From a virus (Duplodnaviria > Caudoviricetes), in the IMG/VR virus record IMGVR_UViG_3300021964_000098, positions 1 through 52,320 of that record: a stretch of DNA of 52,320 nt. One strand, 5' to 3'. Under the pieces are notes generated by a model that saw only the letters and a program-made list of their open reading frames with translations, was not told where the DNA came from and did not search any database. The position numbers and the translations under genes are program-made. How positions within the stretch are numbered: position 1 is the stretch's first letter; each line of letters opens with the position of its first letter. This document shows, in pieces, positions 9,650-19,245 of the stretch.

Positions 9650-11584
9650 ATGGCTATTGAAGATACCTTTAAAGAACTCCAAGCGGTTAGACGTGGACAG
9701 TACGAAAGGATACGCGAGCAGCAGCGAAAGCAGCAGCGTGTTGATACAGCGTTTGCGGCTACTAATATTCTTACTAGAATAGGTAATTCTTTCTTACGGG
9801 AACAGGCTTCAAACTTTATTAACAATGAAGACAACATGGCTCGTAAAGCCAAGTATAGATCTTTTCTTAATACTGCTAACAATACTATTGAAGAGTACAA
9901 ACAAGCTGAAGCGTTTGATGGAGGCGTAGAAGCCTACCTGATTAACAAGCGTAAAAACTTTTTGATGAACGATGCTCAACAAGAATATGCAGAGTTGTCT
10001 GAGTTAAAAGAAACAGAGCTGAACAAATACATAAATAATCAAGCTACTCAGTGGGCTTCTCAAAACGTACAAAATTTTAGGGACGAATACAACTCAGCCC
10101 TACAGCTAGGAAGCTACGAAGATTATGAAGCTTCACTAGCTCAAGAGTACCAAGGCCCTCGAAACGTAGGTGAGTTTTTATGGCGCGGTGCTAAAGGTTT
10201 CTTTGCAGGTAAGAACAAGAACCAGATCAGAGCGGCTAATGTTCAGTCTACTCGTGCTGCTTTAATGGAACAGGCTGGAAGAGAAGTCCAAGGGTTTGAT
10301 GCTGCTGTTAATGCAGGTTATGATATTGATAGTGCTGTGGCTATACAGTCTGCTATAGATGATAAAAAAATTAATCGTAAAGAAGATGTGTTGATATCAA
10401 CAGAATATGTTGATGAAGTCTCAAGAAGGTTTGGTGGTGAGCTTAGTATTACTTATACAGTAGAAACCTATGAAACTGCAAGCGGTGAAAAACGAGTAGA
10501 AAGGAAGTTAGAAGCTAAAGATAACATTAATCCAAACAACAAATATGCTATTGGAAGAGCTAATGAAGCTGGCTTTGAAGTAACTAACTTACGAGCTAAC
10601 CCTCCTGAAATAGAGGAAAAGGACAACGAGTGGAATGTTCCTATAAAAACAATAACTACAGACTTTCTTGATCCTTGGGGAAACGTTGTACCAGAAGCAC
10701 GAGTTGTTCAGAGAGTATTTGATTTAACGGAAGATGCAACTTTAGCTATGTCTAGGGTTACAGATCCTGAAAGGCTTCAAATTAGCAATGCTAATAATAT
10801 GCTGGCAGGTATACGCACTTATAAAAATAATATGACCGATACATACGCAGGACTTGCTGAAGCTTATTATACTCAAGGTTTAGGTGATACAGCAACTCCT
10901 GATCAGATAAACGATGCTAGAAAATTATTCCAAGCTGAAACCGCAGGAGAGCTTAGAGTTCTTGTAAATAAAATAGCTACTTCAGCAGGACAACCCGCAC
11001 AATCAAGTATGTTTGTTGAGTCTGCTACAGGAGAAGTAACTCCTATAAGCATGGCCTCAGAAGAGCTAATGGATATCTATCACAGCGATCTAGCTCCTTT
11101 ATATACTATGAGTAAGCTAAGAAGTATTAATAGCAAACGATCAAAAGATGGTAAAGTTTTTGAAGAAGAAATAAGAGGATTTGATTTAAAACCAGAGAAT
11201 GCTTCATTGGATATGTTAGTGTCTTTGGTTGCGCTTGAAAACTCTAATACTCCTGTAGATGTAAACCCAGAAACTCTTCAGTATTTATTTGACAATATCA
11301 ATGTAACAGATATTCCAAATCTGCCTAAAAACTATAGAGTAAATCTGCTTAATTCAATTACAAAAACAGAGTCTGTTGCAGATTGGATGGATACAACAAC
11401 TGCAAATCCTGAGTATTATTTTAAGCGAGGTTATTCTTCTTTTGATGTAGGTAACATAATGCGTATTGTGGCTATGTTAGATAAAAGCACACAAGATAGA
11501 GAATTTGAAAAAACAAGAAGGGATATAGACGAAGAAGAAAAACAACTAATGAGACTAGGCCAAACTAGATCACCGCAAGTTTAA
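9650..11584 (+). CDS. Internal virion protein (putative ejection protein)
   Basis: 644-aa helical ORF between other ejection-type genes. Confidence 0.6.
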   Translation: MAIEDTFKELQAVRRGQYERIREQQRKQQRVDTAFAATNILTRIGNSFLREQASNFINNEDNMARKAKYRSFLNTANNTIEEYKQAEAFDGGVEAYLINKRKNFLMNDAQQEYAELSELKETELNKYINNQATQWASQNVQNFRDEYNSALQLGSYEDYEASLAQEYQGPRNVGEFLWRGAKGFFAGKNKNQIRAANVQSTRAALMEQAGREVQGFDAAVNAGYDIDSAVAIQSAIDDKKINRKEDVLISTEYVDEVSRRFGGELSITYTVETYETASGEKRVERKLEAKDNINPNNKYAIGRANEAGFEVTNLRANPPEIEEKDNEWNVPIKTITTDFLDPWGNVVPEARVVQRVFDLTEDATLAMSRVTDPERLQISNANNMLAGIRTYKNNMTDTYAGLAEAYYTQGLGDTATPDQINDARKLFQAETAGELRVLVNKIATSAGQPAQSSMFVESATGEVTPISMASEELMDIYHSDLAPLYTMSKLRSINSKRSKDGKVFEEEIRGFDLKPENASLDMLVSLVALENSNTPVDVNPETLQYLFDNINVTDIPNLPKNYRVNLLNSITKTESVADWMDTTTANPEYYFKRGYSSFDVGNIMRIVAMLDKSTQDREFEKTRRDIDEEEKQLMRLGQTRSPQV

Positions 11585-11598
11585 GGGGTAGCATATAA

Positions 11599-14500
11599 AT
11601 GCCTATTAAAAGAAAAACTCTTAGGACTAGTCCAGAGATTATTCAGGCTAACAGAGACAGTTATAACTCTGTTGATCTTAGTGATTACACAATAAGTCAG
11701 AAGCCTAGACTAGATCCTAATCTACAGTATTTAGAAAACAACGAAGACTTCCAAGAAGATATGGAACTCTATATGGAGTACATTGCTTCTCAGGATGATA
11801 ATGTTGTAGATCAAATGCTGTCAGGAACTCTGGCAACTGATGATTGGAAAGAGTTTATGCGCGATGAAGATTGGCGCATTACTTCTGTTATAGATAGGAA
11901 TATGGCACTAAAAGATGCCCCAGAAGATGTAAAGCAAGCTTACAAGCGCGTAAGAGAAAACTGGGAACGTGCTGATGTAGAAGGCTATGGAGAATGGATT
12001 GAAGCTATAACAGACATGGGGCTAGATGCCGTAGGAGATCCTGTAAATCTAGCAATGCTTTTAGCTATTCCTTTTACCGGAGGAGGTTCAGCAGCTACTG
12101 CGGCTCTGGCAAAGGAAGGCGCAAAAAAATCAGCTATGCAAACAATAAGGCGAATGGCTGTTTCTCCTACTACCACTGGTATTGTAGAAGGTGGTGTATG
12201 GGGAGGAGTAGATGATTACAATCGTCAAAACATAGAAGTTGCTACAGGAATGCGTAATGAGTTTTCCAATAGCGACTTTGCAATGAGCATAGGAGTAGGC
12301 AGTTTAGCCGGTGGTTTGTTTGGCAAGGCGTTTGGTTATTTTGGTAACTCTAGAAATGCAGCAAAAGTAGAGCGTGATATTGTCCCTGACAACAAGGCTC
12401 TTGATAAGCAAACAAACAATATAGCTGCAAACGATGATGAGATTGCAGAAAATGTTTTAGAAGGCAGCCTTCCTCAGTCTCAAGAGGTAATGGATGCAGT
12501 ATCTGAAATTGTAAATAGATTACCTTTAAGGTCGGCTACGTTTCAAAATGGTGTGCTAAATGAAACCAAAGGGTTTCCTGTAGATTTTGATATAGATGAC
12601 TTTGCTGACGTAGATGAAATTGCTAAAGACTTGGCTGAGAAGTTAGGTGGTGGCGAGTACACAGCAGATGAAATTGCAGATACCATAAGACAAGCTTTGG
12701 TAGCTGCCAAGCGTGGTAATGTATCTGGAGAGCAGCTATCAGATTTTGTAACTGCTAGAATTAGTAGAGATGTTGACACTCCTGCAGGAGAGACACTGCC
12801 TGCTGCGCCTGATCCCTCTCCGGGCAAAGAGGTAGCAAGACCCATACAAAACAAACTGTTATTTAAAATAGGAAGGCTGGCTAACAAACTAAACAGCACT
12901 GTGCTGGCTGGTAAAGCTACAGATCTTATTAGTCCCTATGCTAAATATTCTCCTACTGCCGCAAAACTGCAAAGACTTCTTAGGTATGACTCATCTTTAA
13001 AGCTGACAGGATCTGTAACGCCTGATGAAACACTAGGCAGAGATTACTTTGAAACTTTAAAAGAAAACTACGGTACATTTGTTACTGATTTTAAACGCGC
13101 ATACGATCCTATCTTGGTAGCGGCTAAGGGTGATACTCGTCAAGATATGGATGATATGGTTATCTCTGCTTTGCGGGGAGGCACATTACCTGATGATGCT
13201 CCTGATGCTGTAAAGGCTATTGTTCCAAAACTTAGAAAGCTATTTGATGACAGAGCCGAAGCTTTGTTTATGGAAGAGGCTCCGGCTAACTATGTTCCTA
13301 GAATGTGGAAGCGTAGTGCTATTGAATCTAGAGAAGTAGAGTTCAAGCAACTACTAATGAATGAAGGCTATAGCTCTGACGAAGCTAACGGCATCATAGA
13401 TAGTATGCTGGGTAAAGTAGAAAATGTAGGTGTGATTGACTCGGCTGGTACGGGTGATACTGTTTTCTTGATGCCCAGAGTATTAGACAAGATAGCCGAT
13501 GATAATGTATATGCTGATTTCCTAGAAAATGATTTAAACAAAATTGTACATGAGTATGGCATTCAGTCAGCAAGACGTATATCAAAGCTTAATGTTCTTG
13601 GTGTAAGAAATAAAAGAGACTTCCAAGAAATATGGATTCCTAGAATTGAAGAGGAGCTAAGAGAGGCAGGGCTAAAAAGAGATACTCTAATGGAACAGGT
13701 GGGTAAAGACATTGGAGCTGTTTATTCTTCTATAACGGGCGAGGGTGTACAAAGATATGGAACTGGTCTTCAAACAGCTTCTGATGTCTACACAATGACA
13801 ACCCGAATGGCTACGCTACCTCTTGCAACTCTTTCAAGCTTAACAGAAATATTTATTAATATATCTAAAGCAGGTTTTCGTAATAGCTTCAAAGGATTTG
13901 CAGGAGCCATGAATGAAGGCTTTGGCACTATAGCTACCAAGAGCAAAAACCTTTTAGCTGACGCAGGACTGACTGAGCCTGAGATCTGGCGTGAAATGCA
14001 AGAGCTTGGTATCGCTATGGATCAGGCAGCAGGTGATGTTGCTGATAGGCTAGGTGGTGAGGCTATTTCTAACTCAGCGATCCGAAAGCTTAACAATGGA
14101 TTCTTTAGAGCTAATATGCTTGATCAATGGACAAAGTTTGTTCAGATGACTTCTTACATTTCTGGTAAGAACATGATCTCAGATAATATAGCTGAGATAG
14201 CAGCAGCTAGAGGAAACAAAGATAGCCGTAGAATCTTGCGTAAAAAGAAAGAACTACGTGAGCTTGGTGTTGATATAGATCAGGCAATGAATTGGTTTGA
14301 TGGAGGCATGAAAGCTGACGATGCCTTTAACAAAGAAATTCAAAGAGGTGCAGGTAGATACACCAATGAGGTTATTTTAAACCCTGAAGCTGCCTCAGGC
14401 TTGAAGCCTTTACTACATTCTAATCCCAAAACATCCGTCTTGTTTCAGCTAATGGGCTACCCTGCTGCATTTACAAATACTATTTTGAAAGGTGCTGCAC

Positions 14501-17148
14501 GTAAGATGATTGAAGATCCGACAGGTAATGTTCCTAAGACTTTGGCTTCGGGTGTAATCATGACAGAAGTTGCTAGGTTTAATAACTGGGCAAGAAGTGG
14601 AGGACGCAGCGAAGAAGAAGGAGAGAACCCATATGCAGCAGCTATTTTAAGATGGGGCGGGGGAGGAACATACTTAGATATGTTTCGTAGGGCGCAGTTT
14701 GCAGCAAAAGATAACTACGCTTTATCAGTCCCTTTATCTGTTCTTGGCCCAGCAGCTCAAGATGTAACACAGCTTATTCAATACAGAGGCCCTGTAGAAT
14801 TTGCAGCGCGAAAGTCTCCGGGCTTTGGAGCTTTTGAGACTGTGTTCGGTAGAGAGTTTAGAGACAATTACACCAGTGCTGCTAGAAGAATGGATAAAGT
14901 TATCCAAGATATGTTTAGTGGCGAAGATCCTAGTCGCCTTAAATTCAGAAAGGGAGGTGAAGTTCTAGTACCTAATGCGCCTGAAGAACCTGATAAGCGC
15001 ATAGATCGTATGACGGGACTGCCTTATGACCAGCAAGCCGGAGGAGCTTTTGTAGACGAAGAAGAGCGTTTGGGCTTTGCTTTTGGTAGTACTGTTTCTA
15101 GATATGTTAGATCTGCTTTGTCTGATGCAGTAGGTAAGATTGCAGATAAAGGAGAAAACATTCCCTTTGATAGATTAATGAAGCGTCTTCAGGTTGAAGG
15201 TGTTAGAGCTGATGAGATTGAAGCTGCTGACATTATGAATCTTGTAGATGAAAAAGACATAGTTACTACACGTTCAGGTAATAGGGCTGTTACTCCCACG
15301 GGTTTAAGAAACGCAGAAGCCCGAAGGACTGATGTGTTTAAGCAAGAAGAAAGTACATATCTACAAGCCCAAGAAGAAGTAACTGAAGTGGCTGAAGATT
15401 TAGAAAAAGAAGTAGAAGTGTCGATTGCTGAAAGCGAGAATCTAGACAGGGCAATAGACGAAGAATTTGGAGATGATTATTTTGTAGAAGATTTAGAAAC
15501 ATTTGATCCAGAGGCAGAAGATCCTACATATGCGTACACGGGTAGAATGTTAGATACGGCTTTAGATCCTGAAAAGCCTTTAAGAGAAAGAACGGATGCA
15601 ATAAGTGAAGTTGAGAGAGTATTAAGAAAAAGCCCCGCAGAACTTAAAGAAATGTACACTGAGGTTGTTCCAGAAGATGCTGAGTTAAGTACGTATAGAA
15701 TTAATTATTATAGTGATCCTAGAGTTAGTAGACCTACTCAGTCCGGTCATTTTATAAAAGGCAGAGATTATCCTACGGATTTAAATTTTGTCTACTGGAC
15801 TAGAGGGGACGTTGCATCTGGAGATAAAACTATAACTGGAGGAGAAGCCTCTAGAGTTTTTGAAATTCAGTCAGACAGTACAGTTGCATTAGATCCTGAA
15901 AAATTAAGTCCTTATCAAAAAATACTAGAAGAATTAAATGAGCTGGATGATAAGATGGGCGATATAGAAGACTCTATTATGGGTGTAGATATGGAATTAG
16001 AACAGTTTGATATTGTCAGATCTTCGTCTTCTGAACGTGCCGTTGTTCCTCCTGACGCTGAAGAAGCTGTAAAAACATTAATAAAGAGAAATAATGAGTT
16101 AATGGACGAGTTAAAAGCTTCTAGAAAACAAGAGAAGGGCTTAGAATCAAAACTAAAAGATGCTGGTAAAAATATGACAGCATCAGAAGTTAAAAAAGAA
16201 CGAGATGAACTTTTCTTTGGTGGATCTAAAGTTTCTATAAATGTCTGGAAGACAGCAATTCATAACGAAATTATTAAAGCTAAAAAAGAAAATCTAGATG
16301 AAATACAATTTCTTATTGACGATAAACTAATAGAAAAGAACGGAGAACGGGTTACTGAGTTTATGTTTAGATCTCCAGAAATTCAAAAAGCCTATCAAAC
16401 TATAGTAGCTCCTTTAGTTATTAAGACTGCTAAAAAGATAGGAGCTAAGGTACAGCGTAAAGGTAAATACCTAGCTTTTGCATTACCCGCCACATTTACT
16501 TTACCGCTTTATGCCCAAGAGGAAGAAGACTTATCCACAGTAGCAACAGACATATCTCTAGGTATGGAACTAGATGAGGCTCTTGTTGCTAACAGAGACG
16601 GCTTTGCAGAAGGTGGTATGCTTGAAAAAGCTATAAAGTTTGCACTAGGAAGAGGTGCTGAAGCCTTAGGTTTTGGTGCAGAACAGCAACGCCAGCATGA
16701 AAAAGAAGTAGTAGCTCTTGTTAATGAAGCAGCCGAGAAAGGTTTTATCCCTGAACAATCCCGTATACCTACAGATGAAGCAGGGTTTGGAAAGTTCAGC
16801 GGCGCGGATGAAGAAGTCTTTAATGCTTTTAATCATGCTTACTTAGTTTACAAGCATGGCTCTAAGCTTAAAGATCCTTTGCTTCAAGGTAAAGAATATC
16901 TTCAAATGACATACTATCCTAATCCAGATACCGAAAAAGTTGATTTAATTAACAATGCTTTTGGTTCTAACTTGAGGAATATAGCTGGAGATGATGAAGA
17001 CGCAAAGCAAAAAATAGTTATGGGCTATTATAATACTCAAAGAAAACTAGAAGAAGGAAAGCCACTTGTATACGGAGAGGATCTTATATTTAATATAAAT
17101 GATCTGGAAAACATAGAGCCTCGTAGTGCTAGATTTAGACCGAGGTAG
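11599..17148 (+). CDS. Large internal virion / ejection protein with appended C-terminal domains
   Basis: 1849 aa; NYVPRMW motif seen in podovirus large core proteins; EIQSD-containing segment; terminal NAFNHAY...DLINN segment. Confidence 0.7.
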   Translation: MPIKRKTLRTSPEIIQANRDSYNSVDLSDYTISQKPRLDPNLQYLENNEDFQEDMELYMEYIASQDDNVVDQMLSGTLATDDWKEFMRDEDWRITSVIDRNMALKDAPEDVKQAYKRVRENWERADVEGYGEWIEAITDMGLDAVGDPVNLAMLLAIPFTGGGSAATAALAKEGAKKSAMQTIRRMAVSPTTTGIVEGGVWGGVDDYNRQNIEVATGMRNEFSNSDFAMSIGVGSLAGGLFGKAFGYFGNSRNAAKVERDIVPDNKALDKQTNNIAANDDEIAENVLEGSLPQSQEVMDAVSEIVNRLPLRSATFQNGVLNETKGFPVDFDIDDFADVDEIAKDLAEKLGGGEYTADEIADTIRQALVAAKRGNVSGEQLSDFVTARISRDVDTPAGETLPAAPDPSPGKEVARPIQNKLLFKIGRLANKLNSTVLAGKATDLISPYAKYSPTAAKLQRLLRYDSSLKLTGSVTPDETLGRDYFETLKENYGTFVTDFKRAYDPILVAAKGDTRQDMDDMVISALRGGTLPDDAPDAVKAIVPKLRKLFDDRAEALFMEEAPANYVPRMWKRSAIESREVEFKQLLMNEGYSSDEANGIIDSMLGKVENVGVIDSAGTGDTVFLMPRVLDKIADDNVYADFLENDLNKIVHEYGIQSARRISKLNVLGVRNKRDFQEIWIPRIEEELREAGLKRDTLMEQVGKDIGAVYSSITGEGVQRYGTGLQTASDVYTMTTRMATLPLATLSSLTEIFINISKAGFRNSFKGFAGAMNEGFGTIATKSKNLLADAGLTEPEIWREMQELGIAMDQAAGDVADRLGGEAISNSAIRKLNNGFFRANMLDQWTKFVQMTSYISGKNMISDNIAEIAAARGNKDSRRILRKKKELRELGVDIDQAMNWFDGGMKADDAFNKEIQRGAGRYTNEVILNPEAASGLKPLLHSNPKTSVLFQLMGYPAAFTNTILKGAARKMIEDPTGNVPKTLASGVIMTEVARFNNWARSGGRSEEEGENPYAAAILRWGGGGTYLDMFRRAQFAAKDNYALSVPLSVLGPAAQDVTQLIQYRGPVEFAARKSPGFGAFETVFGREFRDNYTSAARRMDKVIQDMFSGEDPSRLKFRKGGEVLVPNAPEEPDKRIDRMTGLPYDQQAGGAFVDEEERLGFAFGSTVSRYVRSALSDAVGKIADKGENIPFDRLMKRLQVEGVRADEIEAADIMNLVDEKDIVTTRSGNRAVTPTGLRNAEARRTDVFKQEESTYLQAQEEVTEVAEDLEKEVEVSIAESENLDRAIDEEFGDDYFVEDLETFDPEAEDPTYAYTGRMLDTALDPEKPLRERTDAISEVERVLRKSPAELKEMYTEVVPEDAELSTYRINYYSDPRVSRPTQSGHFIKGRDYPTDLNFVYWTRGDVASGDKTITGGEASRVFEIQSDSTVALDPEKLSPYQKILEELNELDDKMGDIEDSIMGVDMELEQFDIVRSSSSERAVVPPDAEEAVKTLIKRNNELMDELKASRKQEKGLESKLKDAGKNMTASEVKKERDELFFGGSKVSINVWKTAIHNEIIKAKKENLDEIQFLIDDKLIEKNGERVTEFMFRSPEIQKAYQTIVAPLVIKTAKKIGAKVQRKGKYLAFALPATFTLPLYAQEEEDLSTVATDISLGMELDEALVANRDGFAEGGMLEKAIKFALGRGAEALGFGAEQQRQHEKEVVALVNEAAEKGFIPEQSRIPTDEAGFGKFSGADEEVFNAFNHAYLVYKHGSKLKDPLLQGKEYLQMTYYPNPDTEKVDLINNAFGSNLRNIAGDDEDAKQKIVMGYYNTQRKLEEGKPLVYGEDLIFNINDLENIEPRSARFRPR

Positions 17149-17150
17149 CC

Positions 17151-17321
17151 GTGCACCGTTTAATTCTGATTGCTCTTTTACTTTCTTCCTGCTCAACAGC
17201 AACCTACGACTTCCCAATAGAGTTTCCTAATAGGATGCCTCAGGGATTGTTTGACAACAACCTCAGAGATTGTAGGTCACAGCCTCAATGCTCTGCGGAT
17301 CAACTATTTGATAGGTGGTAA
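17151..17321 (+). CDS. Small lipoprotein, 56 aa (not in ORF track)
   Basis: GTG start after GAGGT. MHRLILIALLLSSC lipobox, then STATYDFPIEFPNRMPQGLFDNNLRDCRSQPQCSADQLFDRW. Fills the gap exactly. Confidence 0.75.
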   Translation: MHRLILIALLLSSCSTATYDFPIEFPNRMPQGLFDNNLRDCRSQPQCSADQLFDRW

Positions 17322-17322
17322 T

Positions 17323-18624
17323 ATGAGAAAAACTTTGTTAGCTGCTTGTATAGGACTAGCTACAGCGGCTCAAGCCGATGATACATATGTTGATACTGTA
17401 GCAAGTATTATAAATAACAACTGTGTTGTTTGTCACAGAGAGGGCGGTATAGGCCCTATGTCTTTTGAGACTTATGAGCAGGTCAGACCTTGGTCACCTC
17501 TTATCTCATACAAAGTAGCTAACAGAGAAATGCCTCCTTATGCCTATGATCAACACATAGGAATTCAGAACCTTGAAGGGGATTGGAGACTATCACAGGA
17601 TCAGATAGATTCTGTTGTTAATTGGGCAAACTCTGGATCGCCTTATGGTGATTCTGACATAGTTGTCCAGCCTCCAAACCTCCCAAGTCTAGACTCTTGG
17701 AACTTTGAGCCTGAGTTTGGTGCGCCAGATCTTATTATTCCTTCTTCACCCTACGACATCCCTGCCAATGGTAATGACCTATGGAGCAAGGAGTTCGTAG
17801 ATCCTCAACTGGCTGAGTCACGCTGCATCAAAGCCGTACAGGTTAAGCCAAGAGGCGATGCAGCCGCTGTAGTACATCACGCTAATTCAGATGTATATGT
17901 ATATGACGATGAAGGTGAGCTTCAACAGTATGGTCAGTTGACTGAGTATGCTATGGGTAAGTGGGGAGAGCTTATGCCAAAGGGCGTATGCCGTACCTTT
18001 CCTGCTAACTCTTTAGTGCGTTGGGATATCCACATGTTCCCCGGCGGCGTAGGAGCTACAGCAGAAGGAGATATGATTGAAGATAATGTTGTAGAGATTG
18101 GTCTTTGGTTTCATGAAGAAGACTATGAAGCTAACAACGATGTCTATCAACAAGACCTAAGGCTATATCCTCTGCGCGAAGGCTATGAGAATGGCCATCT
18201 AATTATCCCTCCTAATGGCTATGCTATGACGCAGGGGTTTCACAGCTTTGATCACCCTGTGCGCATTGATAGTTTCCAACCCCACGGACACCTCCGTATG
18301 AATGCTGCGTCACTAGAGATATTTAATCCTATGACAGGACGCACCAAGTCAGTAAGTCAGATTTCTAACTGGAGTGCCACATGGCATCACAGCCATATCT
18401 ACGACCCCTTAGAGGCCCCTGTGTTGGCTGCTGGAGAGGTTCTAGTAATCAAGCAGTGGTATGATAATACCTCTGACAATCCCAACAACCCTGACCCAGA
18501 TCAGTGGGTGTATGGCGGCAGCAGGACGGGAGATGAAATGTCTCACGCTTGGATTGCTGTTACTCATCTAGACGATCAAGGTTACCAACAAATAATGGAA
18601 GAAAGATTTAATGGGGCTGATTGA
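17323..18624 (+). CDS. Secreted cytochrome-c / copper type II (PHM/DBH-like) monooxygenase
   Basis: ATG 17323 after AGGTGG; signal peptide ending AQA; CVVCH plus EMPP; VVHHA, DIHM, PHGHLR, GDEMS copper-ligand pattern. Confidence 0.8.
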   Translation: MRKTLLAACIGLATAAQADDTYVDTVASIINNNCVVCHREGGIGPMSFETYEQVRPWSPLISYKVANREMPPYAYDQHIGIQNLEGDWRLSQDQIDSVVNWANSGSPYGDSDIVVQPPNLPSLDSWNFEPEFGAPDLIIPSSPYDIPANGNDLWSKEFVDPQLAESRCIKAVQVKPRGDAAAVVHHANSDVYVYDDEGELQQYGQLTEYAMGKWGELMPKGVCRTFPANSLVRWDIHMFPGGVGATAEGDMIEDNVVEIGLWFHEEDYEANNDVYQQDLRLYPLREGYENGHLIIPPNGYAMTQGFHSFDHPVRIDSFQPHGHLRMNAASLEIFNPMTGRTKSVSQISNWSATWHHSHIYDPLEAPVLAAGEVLVIKQWYDNTSDNPNNPDPDQWVYGGSRTGDEMSHAWIAVTHLDDQGYQQIMEERFNGAD

Positions 18625-19024
18625 TTTACTTATAAAACATGAAGGCTTGAAGCTAGAGCCTTATCGTTGTACTTCAGACAAACTAACTATAGGCGTAGGA
18701 AGAAATCTAGAAGACTGTGGAATCACTGAAGAGGAGGCTATGTATCTTCTCAAGAATGATATCAAGAAATTTCATGAAGAACTAACCGAAAGGTTTTATT
18801 TCTACAGGTATCTAGAGGGGGCTAGAAAGGATGCTATGTTAAACATGGCATTTAATATGGGAGTGCCGAGGCTTGCTAACTTTGTAAAAGCTCTGGACTT
18901 TATGTCTCAGAGTAAGTACGACAAAGCAGCAGATGAGTTCTTAGACTCACGATGGGCCAAGCAGGTAGGCAACAGAGCCATAGAAGTTGCTCAGATGATA
19001 CGCACTAACAAATACCCCGACTAA
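18611..19024 (+). CDS. Endolysin, T4-lysozyme-like (GH24)
   Basis: HEG...YRCT...TIGVGRNL, NMAFNMG and DSRWAKQVGNRA motifs. Confidence 0.9.
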   Translation: MGLIDLLIKHEGLKLEPYRCTSDKLTIGVGRNLEDCGITEEEAMYLLKNDIKKFHEELTERFYFYRYLEGARKDAMLNMAFNMGVPRLANFVKALDFMSQSKYDKAADEFLDSRWAKQVGNRAIEVAQMIRTNKYPD

Positions 19025-19245
19025 ATTATAGTTGAAGTAACTGCCTGTATTTCTTTTTCTAAAGATATCGAAGCATCCTTAAATCGTCTGTTCATAAACT
19101 TATGAATAGTCTGAATTAGGGATACTTCATACTTATCCTCAAAGATCTTTTCTATCTCTTCAAAGGGCAGCTCAGCAAACTCACAGTAGATGTTACCGTC
19201 AGTCCCTAGCTGAACTGCCATAGAGACAATATTTCCTGTCTTCAC
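19021..19245 (-). CDS. Hypothetical protein
   Basis: 74-aa ORF coupled to the nrdB stop; last gene of the minus arm. Confidence 0.6.
   Translation of the reverse strand: MKTGNIVSMAVQLGTDGNIYCEFAELPFEEIEKIFEDKYEVSLIQTIHKFMNRRFKDASISLEKEIQAVTSTII

Noticed and set aside
5589-15659. Numerous short minus-strand ORFs opposite the virion genes (similar shadow ORFs occur elsewhere, e.g. 39397-40458 and 47663-50167)
   Set aside because: They are antisense shadows of long coding genes, with no RBS or recognisable motifs.
11599-17148. Virion-encapsidated RNA polymerase (N4- or crAss-like)
   Set aside because: I found no convincing DxDGD or T7-type polymerase motifs, and consensus sigma70 promoters explain transcription. 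A structure search would be needed to exclude it fully.
17251-17322. Upstream TTG start of the monooxygenase in the ORF track
   Set aside because: It overlaps the lipoprotein ORF. ATG 17323 has an RBS and gives a clean signal peptide.
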